The position numbers and the translations under genes are program-made. From contig OZ219747.1 of assembly GCA_964291265.2 (NCBI GenBank), positions 3,968,001-4,032,000 of the forward strand: 64,000 nucleotides of DNA, written 5' to 3'. The stretch comes from Alphaproteobacteria bacterium (GTDB lineage Bacteria; Pseudomonadota; Alphaproteobacteria; SP197). Positions 59,494 to 64,000 of this stretch are shown in pieces. The notes under the pieces are model-generated. The model worked only from the letters and a program-made list of their open reading frames with translations. It was not told the origin of the DNA and did no database searches. Each line of letters starts with the position of its first letter. The first letter of the stretch is position 1.

Positions 59494-61668
59494 TCAGGCG
59501 GGTACCCGTTTCTGCCACTTGCTCCTTGGCTGCTTCGACTGCCGCACGTAGCTGCGCCCGGGCCTTTCGCGCTGGATGCAGCGCGAGAGCCCGGACATGA
59601 TCCGCCTGACGGACTGGACGACCATGGCGCTCTGTGCGAGGAACATGGCCTCGATCTCCTTGCCGACGAGGCGCAGGCTGTTGCGGAAGTTGGTGCGCAT
59701 GGCCGGCAGGTCGTCGCCGTCGTCGATGTCGTTGTCGCAGCGGTTCGCGAACTGGCGGGCGAGGGTGATGAGGACGAAGGCGGCGTAGAGTTCCTGGCGG
59801 ACGCCGCGCCTGGACTTGGCGTGGAAGGCCTCGATCAGGAACTTGCCGGTCTTGTACATTTCCTCCACGCCCCAACGAGCATGATAGAGATCAGAGAGTG
59901 CGGGGACGGGATAGCGGCTGCCGTCGAGCAGGGAGGTCGCGATGTAGTACTCCGTGTCGGCGTACCGGTACCTGACGAGGCGGACGCGCAGGGTCTTCGA
60001 GCGTAGCGCGGTCTCGTCCCTGGGGGCGTCGAGGGTGATGGTCCGGTCGTCCTCGCCGGAGGCGATGAAGGCGTCGAACACGGGGTTGGCGCCTTTCTGG
60101 ATGCGGAACACGAAGTTGAGTTTGCGCTCCTGATGAGCGAGGGCCATGGCGAAGGAGTAGTAGCCCCGGTCGTAGACGATGACATCGCCTTCGGCAGCAT
60201 GATCGAGGTGCACGAGGGCGGCTGCCCGCTCGTTCTCGTGGTCGAACAGGTCGAAGTCGATCGGGATGCGGTCATTGAGCCGGTAGAGTGTGCTGACCAT
60301 GCCCTGGGGGTAGTGGGCGCCGTCGCTCACACGATAGCCGTACTGTGCGAGTTCCCTAGGCAGGGTGATCTTCGAGCCGTCGACGGCGAGAGTCCTGTGA
60401 CCCTTCCACAGCGTGCACTCGGGACAGTGGGCGAGGATCTCCGCGTGCAGGCGCTTGAACGCGGCCTCGTCGAGCTTCTCCCGCGCCTCGCAGGCCGTCG
60501 ATGCCGCCGGAGGCTCCGCCTGCGGCAGCTCGATGCCTGCGGCCTCGCAATGCTCCCAGAGTTCGCTGAGCGTGGTCCCGTAGCCTTGCCCGCGCGACGC
60601 GGCAACGAGGCGGAGCACGAACAGCATGATCAGCAGGCTGTTGAAGACCCGCCGACGTTTCTGCCAGCGCGCGTCCTCGCGTTCCGCAATCGCAACGGCG
60701 GCCGCAACAAGCGTCTCCCAGCGCTTCGAGAACCGCCGGTCGGCGATGGCGGACCGTCCCCGTTCAGCACGCGTCGCAGGCTTCTTCCTCGCCGCGCCGC
60801 TCTCCGAGCGCAGGATCTCGCGAGCACCCCGCTCAAGCGCCAGTACGTAGACCCCTTTGCGCGACTTGCCCCGGCCCGCGGTATCACCGATGCGTTGCCA
60901 GTTGGCCGCACGGTAGCACGAGGCCTTGAACCGGGTCTCGTCGACGAAGGTCTCGATGAGGACGGGACGCCAGCCGTGAAGACGCTCCCAGTCGTCGGCG
61001 AGGCGGCGCGTCGCCATGGCCAGGGCCGAGGACGCAAGGTTCTTCGAGACGACCCAGGGAAACACCAGGTACCTTGAATTGACCGTCATCAGGTGCCGCT
61101 TGCTGTCACGCCTGCGGTTCGTCCAGCCGATCCAGCGGTCCCGGCAGGGAAGTGTCTTCGTTGTCGCCTCGAACAGGATGCAGCCCAGCTTGCGCCCCTG
61201 CCTGTCGGTGACGAAGTAGCGGACATGCGCCCCGTAGGGGCGCTTGTAGCCGAGGTAATGATACCGGTCGACGAAGGCGTTCCACAGCTGCCGCCCCTCG
61301 GTGTCGGTGACGGGCTCGACGCGAAGCGGGCACAGTTCCGACAGCGGCGCCACGATCTCCGGCTGCGGGTCCGAGGCCGAGGTCCAGGCAGGGGGGCAGG
61401 TCATGTCGCGGACGTGGTCCTCGCGCAAGGGCGGCAAGGTCAGGATGCCGCAGCGCTCCAGGGTCTCCAGCATCCCGAGGCAGGCCCCGACCTTGTAGGC
61501 GCCCTTCGCCGTCTTCCAGTGCAGATGCTCGCAGATGGTCTTCGCCAGCTCGTTGCGGCTGTCATGGGGAAACATCTCCACGGTCTCCTGGGCATCCGCG
61601 ATCTGCTGGCGGGTCAGGCGGCGGCCCGAGAAGGTGGTCGACGGCAGGGCGACGATTCGCTGGTCCAT
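59494..61668 (-). CDS. DUF4338 (DruA-like) domain fused to IS4-family DDE transposase
   Basis: WNAFVDRYHYLGY, RDRWIGW, NSRYL, NLASSAL, LIETFVD, ASCYRAANW…GDTAGRG; then AVDGS, YDRGY, YHARWGVEEMYK; start set to ATG 61668. Confidence 0.9.
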   Translation of the reverse strand: MDQRIVALPSTTFSGRRLTRQQIADAQETVEMFPHDSRNELAKTICEHLHWKTAKGAYKVGACLGMLETLERCGILTLPPLREDHVRDMTCPPAWTSASDPQPEIVAPLSELCPLRVEPVTDTEGRQLWNAFVDRYHYLGYKRPYGAHVRYFVTDRQGRKLGCILFEATTKTLPCRDRWIGWTNRRRDSKRHLMTVNSRYLVFPWVVSKNLASSALAMATRRLADDWERLHGWRPVLIETFVDETRFKASCYRAANWQRIGDTAGRGKSRKGVYVLALERGAREILRSESGAARKKPATRAERGRSAIADRRFSKRWETLVAAAVAIAEREDARWQKRRRVFNSLLIMLFVLRLVAASRGQGYGTTLSELWEHCEAAGIELPQAEPPAASTACEAREKLDEAAFKRLHAEILAHCPECTLWKGHRTLAVDGSKITLPRELAQYGYRVSDGAHYPQGMVSTLYRLNDRIPIDFDLFDHENERAAALVHLDHAAEGDVIVYDRGYYSFAMALAHQERKLNFVFRIQKGANPVFDAFIASGEDDRTITLDAPRDETALRSKTLRVRLVRYRYADTEYYIATSLLDGSRYPVPALSDLYHARWGVEEMYKTGKFLIEAFHAKSRRGVRQELYAAFVLITLARQFANRCDNDIDDGDDLPAMRTNFRNSLRLVGKEIEAMFLAQSAMVVQSVRRIMSGLSRCIQRERPGRSYVRQSKQPRSKWQKRVPA

Positions 61669-61972
61669 GAGTGCTTCCGCATCACCGATTCGGGGACATC
61701 TTGCAAATCGGCGAATGCTTGTCAAGCAATGCGTGTGGAAAAACGTCCGAGAAAAGTAAAGTCCTTTATGTCAATGGGTTGACGGCGTAGGACAAGCCGC
61801 CGTTACATCGGCAGACATGCCCGAATACCATTGCGTCGCGTCCCTCCCAGGAGGTGTGGTTGCATTTCCGGAAAGGTTGCGCGACCCGATATCCGTGAGT
61901 CTCCCGGCCGACGGCCGCTCCGTGAGTCCCAGATTCTCGGCAGTGGCGGAGAGTTTCATCAAGCAGCACTCG

Positions 61973-63103
61973 TCATCCCACATCCAGCATTCCGGCGATC
62001 GTGGTTCCGATGCGTTCCGCAGCCGCCTCGGTTTCCCGATCGCCCATGTGTGCATACCGCAAGGTCATGGTCGGCCGCGCATGTCCAAGCAGGCGCGACA
62101 CGACCGGCAGCGGTGTTCCCTGCATGACGGCATGGCTGGCGTAGGTGTGACGCAGATCATGAAGGCGGACATCCTCGAGGCCTGCTTCCCGACGAATTGT
62201 GTGCCAGAGCGAGAGATCGCCTCGCAGAGGGCACCTCGGATCCTTCGGCGACGGAAACAGGAAGTCACTGCTGCCGGAGATGCGGCGTTCGATGATGGCC
62301 CGTGCATCTTCATTCAGATACACGGTACGTGGCCCTGTCTTGCTGTCCGTCAGGTGAAGGCGATCACCGGACACTTCCTCCCTGCGAAGGCGGACGATCT
62401 CGTTCTTGCGGCAGCCGGTCAGAAGCAGGAGGCGGATAATGTCGATCTGTTGACGTTGCGTTGGCCTGCGAGGCGTCTCGTGGTGATGCCGGTCGAGCGT
62501 GCGATGCAGTCGTTCGAGTTCTTCACTCGAAAGGAAACGTGTGAGTTTCCGTCTGCGGTTGGGTCTGACGTTCCTTGCCGGGCTTGAGGTGATGTGGTTG
62601 CAGGAAATCGCATGGTTGAAGATCTGGCGGAGGATCTTCAGGCAGTGGTTGGCACCGCCCGGAGCAGTCCTGCTGTGGTCGTCAAACCATCGATGAACCA
62701 TGGCAGGAGTGATCCTGTCCAGACGACGAGTGCCAAATGCCGGCAGCAACTGGCGATTCAGGCACTTCTTCCGCCACTGGATCGTGGCAGGCTTGCTCCG
62801 ATGGATCCACGAGTCCTGCCATTCATGCGCCGTGAAATCCCGGAACAGGGGAACCGGTTCCTTGCGGGAGCGTCCGTCCGTCAGGAGTGCAAGGCACCGG
62901 GCGCGGGCCTCCTGAACCGTCAAGTGCATGGTGGGGCCAAGCGACACTTTCGTTCCGTTGCCGAAATGCACGTAGCTGCTGCCCCCTGAGGGATGAACCC
63001 GAACCCCGAGAACCGGCACGAAGGTGTCCCGGACCGTATACTCACGACTGCCCGGCTTGAGTCTGCTGATCAGGGACTTAGTCAGTTTCACCCGTCTGTT
63101 CAT
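61973..63103 (-). CDS. tyrosine recombinase/integrase (downstream copy)
   Basis: arm-binding-like N-terminus (KLTKS…LGVRV…ARAR), LTGCRKNE, DSKTG, HDLRHTYAS, LLGH, TLRY. Confidence 0.92.
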   Translation of the reverse strand: MNRRVKLTKSLISRLKPGSREYTVRDTFVPVLGVRVHPSGGSSYVHFGNGTKVSLGPTMHLTVQEARARCLALLTDGRSRKEPVPLFRDFTAHEWQDSWIHRSKPATIQWRKKCLNRQLLPAFGTRRLDRITPAMVHRWFDDHSRTAPGGANHCLKILRQIFNHAISCNHITSSPARNVRPNRRRKLTRFLSSEELERLHRTLDRHHHETPRRPTQRQQIDIIRLLLLTGCRKNEIVRLRREEVSGDRLHLTDSKTGPRTVYLNEDARAIIERRISGSSDFLFPSPKDPRCPLRGDLSLWHTIRREAGLEDVRLHDLRHTYASHAVMQGTPLPVVSRLLGHARPTMTLRYAHMGDRETEAAAERIGTTIAGMLDVG

Positions 63104-64000
63104 CGTGCAGGTACTCCAAGAACGACCCCCAAGGCTCGCGCGGCCTCCAGTAGACTGTCGTCACCGGGATGTGTGTACTTGAGCGTTGTCTCCGGGTCGC
63201 TGTGACCAAGCAGTCGGCCGATGGTCACAATGCTCTCCCCCTGTCTGACAGCAATGCTGGCATAGGTATGCCGCAGATCGTGGAGGCGTACATCCTGTAG
63301 TCCTGTCTCCGCCCGAAGACGTTGCCAGAAGCGCTCAACAGGGGTGGTGGTCAGTGAGGTGGCAGTTCGCGGTGACGGGAAAACCCACGCCGATGTCCGG
63401 TGCAGGCCATCCAGGATCCTGCGTGCTGGCGTCGAAAGCCAGACCATTCGTGGCCCCACCTTGGAATCACTGAGATGAATGTGTCCGTTCCGATAATCTC
63501 TCCACCGCAGACTTACAACCTCCGTCTTGCGGCAACCGGTCAGCAAGAGCAGTCGTATGATAGCCACCGACGTCGGATAGGCGCCCTGGTACTTCTTCAG
63601 ATGGACGCCTATTCGATTGATTTCCTCCTCGGAGAGGAACCGCTCCCTTCCCTGCCTCCGGTAACGCCTGATGCCCCTGCACGGATTGCTGTCCTCGGGT
63701 CTGTACCCATATTTTTCCGCACAGGCCATGATGACCGAAAGAACCGGCGCGGCGCGGTCGGCTGACACGGGCGTCTTGTAGAGAGAAGCAAACCAATCCT
63801 GCACATCTGCAGCGGTGATGTCTCCGATCTGGCGCCCCTGGAACCAGGGAAGGAGTTGGTTCCTCAGATAGTATCGGTTGACTTCGAAGGTCCCGGGCTT
63901 CCAGTTGCTGCGTCCGTAACGGTCGAAGACCTCTTCTGCGACGGCCTTGAACAGTGTCTGGTCTGTTTGTGGTCGGGTTCCCCTCCGCGTGGCCGTCATC
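63100..64000 (-). CDS. tyrosine recombinase/integrase (upstream copy, probably 5'-truncated by the window edge)
   Basis: LTGCRKTE, DSKVG, HDLRHTYAS, LLGH, TLKY; ATGA overlap with the next integrase. Confidence 0.9.
   Translation of the reverse strand, partial: MTATRRGTRPQTDQTLFKAVAEEVFDRYGRSNWKPGTFEVNRYYLRNQLLPWFQGRQIGDITAADVQDWFASLYKTPVSADRAAPVLSVIMACAEKYGYRPEDSNPCRGIRRYRRQGRERFLSEEEINRIGVHLKKYQGAYPTSVAIIRLLLLTGCRKTEVVSLRWRDYRNGHIHLSDSKVGPRMVWLSTPARRILDGLHRTSAWVFPSPRTATSLTTTPVERFWQRLRAETGLQDVRLHDLRHTYASIAVRQGESIVTIGRLLGHSDPETTLKYTHPGDDSLLEAARALGVVLGVPAR

Larger units (their letters stand above)
59393..61833 (-). mobile_element. complete IS4-family insertion sequence with DUF4338-fused transposase, 2441 bp
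   Basis: TIRs CAAAGGCATTCGG (59393-59405) and revcomp CAATGGTATTCGG (61821-61833), 11/13; 10-bp TSD CGTCGCGTCC at 59383-59392 and 61834-61843. Confidence 0.92.

Overview
High-GC (roughly two-thirds GC by eye) bacterial chromosome segment, most likely an alphaproteobacterium (secB, NADP-icd, class II DAHP synthase, ispB-DUF2007-methyltransferase, cysS-cimA-trmJ-rpsD, alphaproteobacterial-type porin). Housekeeping and catabolic genes are interspersed with much mobile DNA, defence genes and decayed toxin-antitoxin modules. Most notable: two complete ~2.4 kb insertion sequences (14458-16886 and 59393-61833), each with visible terminal inverted repeats and a target-site duplication. Their transposases are from different IS4-family lineages, but both carry the same N-terminal HTH-like plus DUF4338 (DruA-like, possibly Mom/GNAT-like) module; the first cleanly interrupts an FGGY kinase gene. 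Also present: an IS21-type istA-istB operon coupled to a DUF3991/TOPRIM gene and a small ORF, followed by an internal duplication; a tnpB relic; a defence islet next to tRNA-Pro (AAA-PD-(D/E)XK, MmeI-like R-M enzyme, GIY-YIG-like protein); a sugar ABC operon ending in a TauD dioxygenase; and two overlapping tyrosine integrases at the right edge. All family calls come from motif recognition by eye, with no database search.
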